From positions 55,728 through 119,727 of the forward strand of contig JANQGM010000039.1 of the NCBI GenBank assembly GCA_028277345.1: 64,000 bases of DNA. The letters are read 5' to 3'. Positions 25,751-34,859 of this stretch are shown here, piece by piece; position 1 is the first letter of the stretch, and each line of letters opens with the position of its first letter. Made by a program: the position numbers and the translations under genes. Below the pieces are notes generated by a model. The model was not told where the DNA came from. It was given only the letters and a program-made list of their open reading frames with translations, and did no database searches. The stretch is from Candidatus Bipolaricaulota bacterium. Lineage in GTDB: Bacteria; Bipolaricaulota; Bipolaricaulia; UBA7950; UBA9294.

Positions 25751-26866
25751 CTAACTCGTGCTTGAGAAGAGCGAGGGGAGGTTCATGAGAAGTTCCATGT
25801 CTCCGGCTATGGTGTACTGCTTTGTCATATAGGCGGTCGCCCCCGACAACTCCCCTCGGGCGATCCCCAGCCACACGTCGCGGGGCGTGCGAATGACGAG
25901 GTTTGGATGAGGATGCTCGCCTTCGAAGGACGCGCAGCATCCATTCTCGATAACGGTGAAATAGAGCCCTGGCGTTTCGTTGGAGACCTCGAACTGAATG
26001 ACCACGGATAGCGATGCGGCCGCCTCCGCGCGGAATGACTGCGGCATTCCAGCCACCACATCTCGTACCGTCTTTAGTTCCGTCGGAGCCGCCAGGGGAA
26101 TGCCGGGATGGGGTGCAGGGCCGGATTTATCCCTGCGCTTTTCTTCGGAGGGCATGTCGACGCCCTGCGAACGCCAATAGGCGTTGACAAGGTTCGCGTA
26201 GACTGCAGGATCCGAGGCAAGGGAGCGATCGAGAATGGCTTGCGTCTCCGGCTGGATGCGTCCGGCGTTGACGACCTCTGTGCCGGCATGAAACGCTGCT
26301 TCCAGATACTCACGCACAGATTCCTTCATTTCGGGAATCCGGAGCAAGGGTCCGGCGCCGCAACAGATCATTCCCAGAACCTCCCGGTCCGGAGCGTCAT
26401 GGAGCAGCTGAAACGTGCGTTTGAGGCCGTCGAAATGGTGGGTTTCGGGAAAGCCGGCATTGGAGATCAACACGCTACGCCGCGGGGTTCCCTCCCAACG
26501 CTGAGGATGAATGAAATGATCCCCCCTCTTGAGAATGGCGGGATGGGCAAGAGGGAGGCAGCGGTCGACGAAATCTTTCATCAATCCCGGCATCGTGTAG
26601 ACATAGAGAGGCATGGTGTAGACAAGGATGTCCGCGCTCTGTATTCGCTCAAGGATCTCGGTCATATCGTCCTGATGAATGCAGACGCCGGGCGTACGCG
26701 TCCAGCAGACATAGCACCCGATGCAGTGATGGATGGTTTTGTCCTTCAGTTCGATGACATCGGTACGCGCTCCGGCGGAACGTGCGCCCGCCAGGAACGC
26801 CTCTTGAAGAACGGCCGTATTTCCATCCGCCCCATGCGGACTTCCATTGATGGCGAGAAGGTTCAT
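25751..26866 (-). CDS. Iron-sulfur-flavoprotein-like FMN reductase fused to a C-terminal SCP2 sterol-carrier-like domain
   Basis: The N-terminus is LLAINGSPHG... with the compact Cys motif CIGCYVCWTRTPGVC (CX2CX2CX7C). The C-terminal 110 aa are SCP2-like (VIQFEVSN..GLYFTVI...GELSGATAYMTKQYTIAGDMELLMNL). The start is uncertain (26866, 26881 or 26896). Confidence 0.7.
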   Translation of the reverse strand: MNLLAINGSPHGADGNTAVLQEAFLAGARSAGARTDVIELKDKTIHHCIGCYVCWTRTPGVCIHQDDMTEILERIQSADILVYTMPLYVYTMPGLMKDFVDRCLPLAHPAILKRGDHFIHPQRWEGTPRRSVLISNAGFPETHHFDGLKRTFQLLHDAPDREVLGMICCGAGPLLRIPEMKESVREYLEAAFHAGTEVVNAGRIQPETQAILDRSLASDPAVYANLVNAYWRSQGVDMPSEEKRRDKSGPAPHPGIPLAAPTELKTVRDVVAGMPQSFRAEAAASLSVVIQFEVSNETPGLYFTVIENGCCASFEGEHPHPNLVIRTPRDVWLGIARGELSGATAYMTKQYTIAGDMELLMNLPSLFSSTS

Positions 26867-26949
26867 AAGGAGCCCTTTCATATTGGAATCATCCAATATA
26901 TTCAGAACCCTATACTAAGGAAGGGGCGGATACAAGGGGCAACGCGATA

Positions 26950-28662
26950 TCATGGAAGGGCGATACAGAAGCTGCTTCCGACCCCAACCGTACTTTCCGC
27001 CCAGACATGGCCGCCATGGGCGTCGACGATTTGGCGCACGATAGTGAGTCCGAGACCGCGGCCGCTTTGATTCGCGTTGGCACGAACGGTTCGTTCAAAG
27101 ATTCGTTCCAGATCGTCGGAGGCGATACCGGCTCCGGAATCGTGGATACAGAGCGTTGTCCAGAAGCCTCCAAGCCGCTCCACGGGCTGCCGAGAACACG
27201 TGACCTCGATGCGGCCACCAGAAGCGGTATGTTGAAGCGCATTGCGAATGAGATTGCCCAGGGCCTGACTCAGACGTGTACGATCCGCCTCGACGTTGAT
27301 CCCCTCGTCGGAGACAACGGTTGACAGCTGGATTCCTGCGGATTCTGCTTGGGTGCGCCATCGATCCACCATCAGCGGAAGGAACTCATTGAGGTCGACC
27401 CTTTCTTTCTGAAGCGTGAGCAGGCCGGCCTCATTCTCTGCGAGCAGGCCGACATCGGAGGCCAGGTTTCGAAGCAATGCCAGCTCGCTCAGAACCCGCT
27501 CGGCGGCTTCCTCGGAGGTCTGCAATCCATCTCGCAACGCCTCGATCTCAAGTTGAATGACGGAAAGCGGAGTGTTGAGCTCGTGCGAAAGGTCGGAGAT
27601 CAATCGCCCTCGAACGTCTCGCTGTTGATCAAGGGAATCGGCCATGGCGTTAAATGCTGCGCTCATGGAGCCCAATTCTCCTCGCGTCACGGGAAGTCGC
27701 CCCACGTGATCGCCCTGAGAGAGCGCGACAGCGGAATCCCTCAGGGCCGAGATCGGTTTCGAGAGTCGGCGAGCCATGAACCCTCCGAGAAGAAGTGCAA
27801 AGCCTGCGGCCGCCAATCCGCCCAAAAGCAACCCATTTTCCGTTTGCCCGATAAACGTTGTTTCTGCGACATCGAATGCCCCAGGCTGGCGGGTCGATCG
27901 AACGGTCCCGACCGGTTTTCCCGTTGCCCAATCGCGAATGGGGAATCCCTCTGTTGTGAGAGCATCCCGCCATTCCAGAGGATCAGTACTCTGGGATCCG
28001 TTGAAAAGGATATCCCCTTGAAGGTCTACAACCAGGATCGGGGCGTCGTAAAGAAGGGAATGGAACGGTTCGTCTTCCCACTCGCTCTCCCATGCTTCAC
28101 CCCAGAGATGCTCGTACCATCCTTCGGCATAGTCCTCCACGGCGCCGAGCAGCTGAGCCAACAGGAAGAGGGCCTCCGAAGGGTCATCCCCGCGGTTCGC
28201 CATCCGTTGGGTCACCTCCCAGCGCATAATGGCCGAGACAATGGCATCCGATGTGGAGCCTCGGTCTTCGGCAACCTCGGCGGGTGCCGCGGTCTCCAGG
28301 GCGAGCCAATAGGCTTCGCGCGACAATCCCAATTCTTGAGCAACTATGGCATCCCATCCCAAGAGATCGAACTCGTCGACCAGGAGATCCTCCCTTGTCT
28401 CGGACTCCGGTGGCGCGTATCCGGTTTGGTCGATGAGAAACTCGGATAGATCTCCGAACTCCCCCAGCAGGTTGTATCGGACCTCAAGGAGCTGGGCGTA
28501 CTCCCATGCCTGTTCCTCCGCCGTAGCTTCGACGAACGCGTCGAAGCCACGAATTGTAAAGCGGACGGCCAACAACCAACTGATGAGCACCGTCACGAGA
28601 ACAAGCGCAAACAGCGCGAACGTGATCTGCCAGCGTAGCGTTCGAAGCCCCCAACGCGTCAT
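26950..28662 (-). CDS. Sensor histidine kinase (large acidic extracytoplasmic domain, HAMP, HisKA, HATPase_c)
   Basis: H-box ISDLSHELNTPLSVI, N-box NLIRNALQHT, G-box DSGAGI and GRGLGLTIV. There are two TM segments and a HAMP domain. Confidence 0.9.
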   Translation of the reverse strand: MTRWGLRTLRWQITFALFALVLVTVLISWLLAVRFTIRGFDAFVEATAEEQAWEYAQLLEVRYNLLGEFGDLSEFLIDQTGYAPPESETREDLLVDEFDLLGWDAIVAQELGLSREAYWLALETAAPAEVAEDRGSTSDAIVSAIMRWEVTQRMANRGDDPSEALFLLAQLLGAVEDYAEGWYEHLWGEAWESEWEDEPFHSLLYDAPILVVDLQGDILFNGSQSTDPLEWRDALTTEGFPIRDWATGKPVGTVRSTRQPGAFDVAETTFIGQTENGLLLGGLAAAGFALLLGGFMARRLSKPISALRDSAVALSQGDHVGRLPVTRGELGSMSAAFNAMADSLDQQRDVRGRLISDLSHELNTPLSVIQLEIEALRDGLQTSEEAAERVLSELALLRNLASDVGLLAENEAGLLTLQKERVDLNEFLPLMVDRWRTQAESAGIQLSTVVSDEGINVEADRTRLSQALGNLIRNALQHTASGGRIEVTCSRQPVERLGGFWTTLCIHDSGAGIASDDLERIFERTVRANANQSGRGLGLTIVRQIVDAHGGHVWAESTVGVGSSFCIALP

Positions 28663-29333
28663 GACCGGAAGGTATAGCCTGCTCCATACAGGGTCGTGAT
28701 GTGGTGTGGATGGGCGGGGTCGCGCTCGATGAGCAGGCGAAGCCTCCGGATGTGCGAATCGATCGTGCGATCGAAGACCTCGGCGCCATCGATGCGCGCG
28801 GCATCCAGCAGTTGCTGGCGCGTTAAGACTTGATCGTGCTGGCGCATGAGCGCGGCCAGGATCAGAAACTGAGTGCTGGTCAATGCAACAGATTCTCCAC
28901 GTACCGTGCAGCGACGTGCGGAGATATCGAGCTCAACCTCTCCTCCTATCAGAATTTCCTGGGTCAGTCCCTCGGTTCGCCTCAAGAGGGCGCGGGCGCG
29001 GGCCAGCAGTTCATTGGGAGAGAAGGGCTTGACGACATAATCATCGGCGCCGGCGTCCAATCCGAGTATCTTGTCCGATTCCTTGTCCTTTGCCGTGAGC
29101 ATGATGATGGGAATATCCGATTCGCGACGGATAGCACGGCAGACGTCGACGCCGTTTTTCCCGGGAAGCATGACATCCAAGACGATGAGATCCACGCGCT
29201 CTTCGAGCGCCAAGGCAAGGCCGGTCAGACCATCCTCAGCGAGGAGAGCCTCGTAGCCTTCGCGTCCGAAATAGGTGGAAACCCAGTGAGCGATTCGGCT
29301 CTCATCTTCTACGATCAGCACACGCCGTGTCAT
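28659..29333 (-). CDS. OmpR/PhoB-family response regulator
   Basis: ATG at 29333. The receiver is VLIVEDE...DLIVLDVMLPG...LTAK. The wHTH is LTSTQFLILAALM...TLYGAGYTF. It overlaps the kinase start by 4 nt. Confidence 0.9.
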   Translation of the reverse strand: MTRRVLIVEDESRIAHWVSTYFGREGYEALLAEDGLTGLALALEERVDLIVLDVMLPGKNGVDVCRAIRRESDIPIIMLTAKDKESDKILGLDAGADDYVVKPFSPNELLARARALLRRTEGLTQEILIGGEVELDISARRCTVRGESVALTSTQFLILAALMRQHDQVLTRQQLLDAARIDGAEVFDRTIDSHIRRLRLLIERDPAHPHHITTLYGAGYTFRS

Positions 29334-29405
29334 GGAATCATTCTCTCCTTGTGATCGTGCAAGAACAAGCGGCACGGCGTCAGGCGCCGTACCGCTGGCG
29401 ATGAT

Positions 29406-30347
29406 CTAGAACCAGGGTTCGTGAACCGTCTCTACCATGTAGTCTTTCGATTCCGCTCTCCATTCCGCAGCCTCGTCCTCGGTCAACTCGCCATCCTTGA
29501 GTAGCTCGGCGATTTCGCTTTCTTCGCTAGCGATCAGTGCATCTACCAGAACCTGAGGATCGATGCCCTGTGCGGTGGCCAATGAAGCCAATGTGCCGCC
29601 ATCGTCCAATGTTTCCCAGATGGCGTCTTCATCCAGCCCCAGAACCGAGGCGGCGGCTTCAATCGTTACCTCTTCCCAATAGGCCTCGTCCTCATCGAAC
29701 CATCCCCAAGATTCGAAATCGAGCCAGCCGAACAGGAAGTCGAAAACCTGCTCGAACAGATTGGCTTCGGATTCCAAGACGGCATCCACAACGATTTCCG
29801 GCTCGACGCCGGCATCGAGAAGAGAGGTGGCCATCGACCGCTGGATTTCGATAGGAAGGTAAAGGACGTCGGGATAGCTGTCTTCATACTCCTCATCGTC
29901 GTATTCGAAGCCCTCGGCCATCCAATCCTCGAAGTCCTCGTCCTCCCAGACCATCTCATCGATGGGGAGGTAGACGAATTCCACGGCATAGACGTAACCC
30001 CAGTCTCGCCACTCTGCGACCTCCGATTCCATCAGTTCGCCGGCTTCGACTGCGCGGGCGATCTCGGCGTCGTCGGCGTGCTGAAGCGCGGCAACGATGG
30101 CTTCGGGGTCCATGCCGTTCTCCCGAGCCAGTTCGGCCAGGGTGCCTCCGTCGTCGAGATAGGATTCGAGATTCTCGGAGGGAAGACCGAGTACACCCGC
30201 GGCGATACGAATCGGATCGAACTCAGCAACATCCGTTGAATTGGCTGTTTCTTGAGCCATACCTGCCAAACTCAACATCCCGGCCACGAGAGCGACCAGT
30301 GTCCACAGCAGAGAATTCCTCATCCAGTTTCGGTTCGTCGTTTTCAT
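29406..30347 (-). CDS. Secreted hyper-acidic Trp-rich protein with an internal duplication
   Basis: It has a signal peptide. Two homologous ~80-aa modules (GVLGLPSENLESYLDDGGTLAELARENGMDPEAIV... and SVLGLDEDAIWETLDDGGTLASLATAQGIDPQVLV...) flank a D/E/W/Y-rich core. Confidence 0.75.
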   Translation of the reverse strand: MKTTNRNWMRNSLLWTLVALVAGMLSLAGMAQETANSTDVAEFDPIRIAAGVLGLPSENLESYLDDGGTLAELARENGMDPEAIVAALQHADDAEIARAVEAGELMESEVAEWRDWGYVYAVEFVYLPIDEMVWEDEDFEDWMAEGFEYDDEEYEDSYPDVLYLPIEIQRSMATSLLDAGVEPEIVVDAVLESEANLFEQVFDFLFGWLDFESWGWFDEDEAYWEEVTIEAAASVLGLDEDAIWETLDDGGTLASLATAQGIDPQVLVDALIASEESEIAELLKDGELTEDEAAEWRAESKDYMVETVHEPWF

Positions 30348-30460
30348 TTAACTCACTCCTTTGTTGCCGGTATCGGCGTTCTACTTGGAGTGTCGAATGA
30401 GAATGTTGCAGAAATATGTCAAGGCTGAGTTCGCTATGGAACTGCGTTACAGTCTGTTCT

Positions 30461-30847
30461 ATGAGACAGCAATATCACTTCCGCCGAACCGAACGCGGCC
30501 TTCTCGCCTGGGACGTTCATCGCCTGGTGGCGCTGGCTTCGAAGCTTCCGATTGAGGATGTTCTTCTCGATGACATCCGAGAATTGGATGAAACCTTCTG
30601 GTTCAATCATGAGGAACAGACGCCAACGTGCCGGCGGATCGCCGAACATGCGAAGCTAATGATGGAAACCGATCTGAGATACCCCATCATCCTTTCTCAA
30701 GACGGTCGAGTCATGGATGGTATGCATCGGGTTTGCAAGGCATGGATCGAGGGGCGTGCGTCGATTCCGGCCGTTCGATTGTCGGGAGATCTGGAGCCGG
30801 ATTACATCAATGTAAAACCGGAGGATCTTCCCTACGACAGAGCCTAG
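30461..30847 (+). CDS. Small ParB/sulfiredoxin-fold-like protein (DGxHR motif), unknown function
   Basis: 128 aa. PIILSQDGRVMDGMHRVCKAWIEG resembles the ParB N-terminal domain core. The start was chosen at ATG 30461. Confidence 0.5.
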   Translation: MRQQYHFRRTERGLLAWDVHRLVALASKLPIEDVLLDDIRELDETFWFNHEEQTPTCRRIAEHAKLMMETDLRYPIILSQDGRVMDGMHRVCKAWIEGRASIPAVRLSGDLEPDYINVKPEDLPYDRA

Positions 30848-32136
30848 AGTAAAGGAGGTTTCCCCCGTTTCTCGATCTCGGGCATCGAGGGCGCGGTCGG
30901 AAGGGTCCAGCTGGCAATGTGAGCGACGATCAAACATGCGACCGTGAGTCCGAACAGCCACGTGTAGGATGTCCGCTCAAGCAGCCACCCCCCGATGGCG
31001 GGCCAAAGAATGACGAAACTGCTGAGCGTATTGAAGAGCCCCACATAGGTGCTTCGTTGTCCGGGAGGTGCGAGATCGACATTCAGACTTGCGAAGCCGA
31101 CAAACTGAGCCGTCTGGAAGACGCCAATGGAAACGAAGGTCCATGCATAGAGCGGCCGCCAAAGCAGGTTGGGGGCGAGCAGAAAGACTAGGGCGACCAG
31201 CGGGCCGGTCAGGCTGATGAGCGTGGCAATCTGAACAATGCGGTGATTGCCGGTTTTCTCGCTCACGCGAGCAAACCAAAGCCCGGCGAGGATCCCGCTT
31301 ACGGTCTGAACCATGGCGAAAATCCCTAAGCTGGCAGGGGCAAACCCCAGCTGGTCGATTCCGAACAGCCCGAAGAATCCAAGGGCGAGGCCATTAAATC
31401 CAGACAGCAAACGAACGGCGAGCAGTCGGCGAAACGGCGCACTCTCCCTCAGAATGCCGCGGAGTTGCCGGAAATACTCGGACCATGGCGGCCGATGCTC
31501 AACCACAGGCTCAGCGGGTTCGATGACGAACAGCCACGAGACAAGAGAGAACAGGAAGCAAGCGCCTCCAGCCGCGAAACAGATGGTGTACGCGGTCGGA
31601 AAGCCGGGCCCTGAATCCCCCAAGAGGTAGGCGATCAAGAGCCCCACAGCGATGGAGATAGCTCCGCGAAGCGCGGTGCTGAATCCAAGAATTCGTCCGC
31701 GCCGCGATGAAGGAATGGCCTTGGCGAGGACATCCCACCAGACAATGGAATCTACGGACATGGCCACGAACATCGTCGTATGGAGGAGAAAAAAGAGGGC
31801 GGCGGCAAGGATGGGGAAGCGCGCGATACCCAATGCCAAAGCAAGTGCAAAGATAAGATAGGCGGGGCGTCCGATGCTGCCTGCCCGTGTGAGGTACTTC
31901 TTCTTGAGCGGTTTATTGGTCAAGCGATTGGCGAACACCAACTGCGGGGCGCGCCAGGCGCCTTCGGTCAAACTGATGATGAGGCCGACGAGGACGGTGC
32001 TTCCGGTCAACTGTCGGATGAACTCCGGCACGACAGTGGTGATGCTTACGAAGACGAGCCCAAGACCGAACCACGTGGATTCTCCGATGAAGGCCCAGGC
32101 GTTGCGTCGAACGTGTTCTCCCGCTGTTGATTTCAT
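30844..32136 (-). CDS. MFS transporter
   Basis: ATG at 32136 lies behind a GGAGG SD. About 12 TM segments. The 85-codon upstream extension in the listed ORF is Arg-rich and unlikely to be real. Confidence 0.85.
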   Translation of the reverse strand: MKSTAGEHVRRNAWAFIGESTWFGLGLVFVSITTVVPEFIRQLTGSTVLVGLIISLTEGAWRAPQLVFANRLTNKPLKKKYLTRAGSIGRPAYLIFALALALGIARFPILAAALFFLLHTTMFVAMSVDSIVWWDVLAKAIPSSRRGRILGFSTALRGAISIAVGLLIAYLLGDSGPGFPTAYTICFAAGGACFLFSLVSWLFVIEPAEPVVEHRPPWSEYFRQLRGILRESAPFRRLLAVRLLSGFNGLALGFFGLFGIDQLGFAPASLGIFAMVQTVSGILAGLWFARVSEKTGNHRIVQIATLISLTGPLVALVFLLAPNLLWRPLYAWTFVSIGVFQTAQFVGFASLNVDLAPPGQRSTYVGLFNTLSSFVILWPAIGGWLLERTSYTWLFGLTVACLIVAHIASWTLPTAPSMPEIEKRGKPPLL

Positions 32137-32324
32137 ACATCCTCCGGCGTTCTTGCTGAAGCGCCAACACGACCGCCAATCATGGACCAGGGAGAGAACC
32201 GACCGGTCGTGCGATCGTTTCTCCCAAAATGCAAGAGGTCTTCGCGGTTTTCGCCGTGGGCTGACGCGATGGCATGCGAATTCACGGTGAAGACGGTGAA
32301 GTCGATGTGGCTTCCCGGGAAGGC

Positions 32325-33194
32325 CTACTCCAACATCTCTTCCAGCTCTCCGAGCAAGCGCTCGGCGCTCTTCTTGGCATTTCGATTCCAAAAGGGCCAG
32401 ATGCCAAGTTCAGCATCCAAGACGAAGTTGAGTTCCCGCCGGATGAGGTCGGCGTCTCGAATTCCTGTGCGCTGCCCAAGGAAATTGTAGGTGAAGCCCC
32501 AGTATTCGGCCAGGACGACGTGATTGGGAAGATAGGTCGGATCGATGGCAATCGCGTTTTCGATATGAGCCAGCCCGGCTTCCTTGTCCCCGCCCAAGGC
32601 GGCCGGAGACATGACTAGCAACGATCCCAGCGCATTGCTGGCGCTTCCTCCCCAGTACTCGGGATCGAGTTCCACGCTTCGAGAGAACAGGGCGAGCACC
32701 TTGCCCTGCTGGAGCAGGCCTTCGATGGGGTTCAGTCCCAAGAGTTGCCCCCAGCTATCCGCCAACCACAGCAAGGCTCCGGCATCCGTTACGTAGGAGA
32801 CGGCCTCATTAAAGTCTCGATCTTCGGCGTCCGCAAAAGCAGGGTTCAGGCGCAAGCTCTGAAGCCCGTAGGCCTTTCCCTTTTCGTAAAGCACCTTGTC
32901 TTCGGGCGTCTTGCCTTCGGAGAGCGTGGTCGCTTCGTAGCACAATTGGGAAAGGCGGTTTAGGACATAGGTTTGAGTGTCCAACGACAGAGACTCCAGT
33001 TCAGGCAGAACCTGTTCCAGATAATGGATGGCCAGGGTCATCGAATCCAATTCATGACGGGAGGCGTAGGCGAGATCGGCTTGCGCGATCAACTCGGCAG
33101 GCGTTTGCGCGCGAACGCTCGTGATCGCTCCGGTGAGAAGGACAAGAAGCAGGATGAGGGACGTCTCAACGGCATGACGGCGGACTCGTGTCAT
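32325..33194 (-). CDS. TatT-like TPR protein (TRAP-transporter TatT-component family)
   Basis: It has a signal peptide. LWLADSWGQLLG...VELDPEYWGGSASNALGSLLVMSPAALGGDKEAGLAHIENAIAIDPTYL...VLAEYW matches my memory of the TatT-family pattern. Confidence 0.65.
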   Translation of the reverse strand: MTRVRRHAVETSLILLLVLLTGAITSVRAQTPAELIAQADLAYASRHELDSMTLAIHYLEQVLPELESLSLDTQTYVLNRLSQLCYEATTLSEGKTPEDKVLYEKGKAYGLQSLRLNPAFADAEDRDFNEAVSYVTDAGALLWLADSWGQLLGLNPIEGLLQQGKVLALFSRSVELDPEYWGGSASNALGSLLVMSPAALGGDKEAGLAHIENAIAIDPTYLPNHVVLAEYWGFTYNFLGQRTGIRDADLIRRELNFVLDAELGIWPFWNRNAKKSAERLLGELEEMLE

Positions 33195-33457
33195 CAGTGT
33201 CTCCTTAGGAATCAGTTACCCGTATTTTCTTTGGTTCCTGCAATGAATCCAATATGGGAGCGCCGGGATGCTGTTGGCACATGGCTCAGCGACGAAACCA
33301 AGATCCAGATGGCGGGAATACACAGCCTCGCTCCTTTGTGGAAGCGCATGCCATATCCCTCTGCGCGGCCAAAACTACCAAACGTGATGGCCGACCTCGT
33401 GTTTGATGGTACACTCCCTGTGCTGGCGCTGAAACCAAGAGCCATTGTGGAGGCCAC

Positions 33458-33985
33458 ATGAGTCAATCCGAACATGAACAGCACCAAAGAGAGGACCTTC
33501 TCAAGGAACATCCGTGGGGAGATACGGGACAGATCGTTCTTGGGATTCTGTTTCTCGTTGTATGGATCGGCGATAGCTTCATTCTTCACCTCACGACATC
33601 GATCAACACGCAGGTTCCGCTGGGCGTTCGTGCTGCCATCAGCCTCGTGAACATTCTCGCCGCCATTTATCTGGCGGTGGCCAGCCACCGCACGATGCTG
33701 GGGGACGTCAGAGATGAACCACAGGTCGTACGCACAGGCGTTTACGGCATCGTCCGGCATCCGATGTATCTGAGCGTCATCCTTCTTTCTCTAGGACTGT
33801 TGCTCTTCAGCTTGTCGCTGGCTGCGGCAGGCGTCTGGATTCTGTTGATCGGATTCATGCACATCATCGCGCGTTATGAAGAACGCGAGTTGGTGGCCTA
33901 TTTCGGAGAGGACTATCGCAACTACCAAGAGGAAGTTAAAATGTGGCTTCCCACAGTTTCCGGACGGTTGCTTGACAACGGATAG
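33458..33985 (+). CDS. Isoprenylcysteine carboxyl methyltransferase (ICMT/PEMT-like) family membrane methyltransferase
   Basis: GVYGIVRHPMYLSVILLSLG...RYEERELVAYFGEDYRNYQEEVKMWLP. A GGAGG SD precedes the start. Confidence 0.8.
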   Translation: MSQSEHEQHQREDLLKEHPWGDTGQIVLGILFLVVWIGDSFILHLTTSINTQVPLGVRAAISLVNILAAIYLAVASHRTMLGDVRDEPQVVRTGVYGIVRHPMYLSVILLSLGLLLFSLSLAAAGVWILLIGFMHIIARYEERELVAYFGEDYRNYQEEVKMWLPTVSGRLLDNG

Positions 33986-33989
33986 CACG

Positions 33990-34859
33990 GTGATACAAGA
34001 CGCCCCCCGCCGCTTGATTGGAGAGGGCCGGACGGCGGAGATTTACGCCTGGGATTCCAACCGGGTCCTTCGACTGTATCGAGCCGGTGCATCTCGTGAG
34101 TGGATTGAGCACGAATGGCATGCATTCCGCACAGTTAATGAAGCGGGAATTCCAAGTCCTGCCGTTTATCCTGTCGACTCGGGAGATGGATTGATCGAGA
34201 AGGAAGGACGGCTGGGGTTTATCATGGATCGTATCGATGGTCCGACCATGCTGCGTGCTCTGACGGCGCGTCCTTGGCGCTGCTTTCGTGAGGCGCGGAT
34301 CTTCGCGATGCTCCATCTGTCCATGCACCGGCACGACGGCGGCCGGTTGCCATCGCAGCGAGAACGCTTCCTTCGTATCCTGAGCCGGTTGGAAAGTGAC
34401 CTGCCCGAACACATGATCGCAGGCGCTCGCTGCCTGCTGGAGGCGCTGCCGGATGGGACGGCGGTGTGCCATGGCGATTTTCATCCCGACAACATCCTGT
34501 TGAGTGAACGTGGCCCCATCATCATCGATTGGGGGCCGGCGACGGCGGGACATCCCTTGGCCGATGTCGCTTGGACGGAGTTTCTGTTTGCCCATGGAGG
34601 GGCTCCCTCAGGCATGCCTTTCTGGCGTCGTTGGATGCTGACGCTGTTTCGCCGCCTGTTTCTCAGCCGCTATAGGACGTGCTATCTGCGCGGATCGGGC
34701 TGGTCGAAAGCGGATCTAGCCAGTTGGAGACCGATCAATGCTGTGATGCGATGGGCTGACGGCATCGAGGAAGAGCGCGGCGCGTTGACTCGCCAACTTG
34801 AGCGGTATTTCCCCCTCCCAGAGAACGCAGGAGCGATGGAGAGGGGTGAATTTCGATGA
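33990..34859 (+). CDS. Aminoglycoside-phosphotransferase (APH)/protein-kinase-like-fold phosphotransferase
   Basis: Catalytic loop CHGDFHPDNILL followed by IIDWGPA. The start is uncertain (GTG 33990 or TTG 33972). Confidence 0.75.
   Translation: MIQDAPRRLIGEGRTAEIYAWDSNRVLRLYRAGASREWIEHEWHAFRTVNEAGIPSPAVYPVDSGDGLIEKEGRLGFIMDRIDGPTMLRALTARPWRCFREARIFAMLHLSMHRHDGGRLPSQRERFLRILSRLESDLPEHMIAGARCLLEALPDGTAVCHGDFHPDNILLSERGPIIIDWGPATAGHPLADVAWTEFLFAHGGAPSGMPFWRRWMLTLFRRLFLSRYRTCYLRGSGWSKADLASWRPINAVMRWADGIEEERGALTRQLERYFPLPENAGAMERGEFR

Noticed and set aside
26108-28449. Two long plus-strand ORFs (26108-27070, 320 aa; 27349-28449, 366 aa).
   Set aside because: They lie antisense to the flavoprotein and histidine-kinase genes, which have unmistakable motifs. 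The translations are Arg/Gly/Pro-rich with no recognisable domain. These are typical high-GC shadow ORFs.
32137-32391. An 85-codon extension of the MFS ORF. Similar extensions occur at 16430-16596 and 53485-53631.
   Set aside because: The extensions are basic and low-complexity and lack an SD. Internal starts with strong SDs give products that begin with normal signal or TM segments.
33243-33461. A possible 72-codon ORF whose stop overlaps the ICMT start (ATGA).
   Set aside because: It has no SD and no recognisable motif. It is the tail of a shadow ORF (32973-33461) antisense to the TatT-like gene. Only the ATGA overlap is suggestive, so I do not call it.
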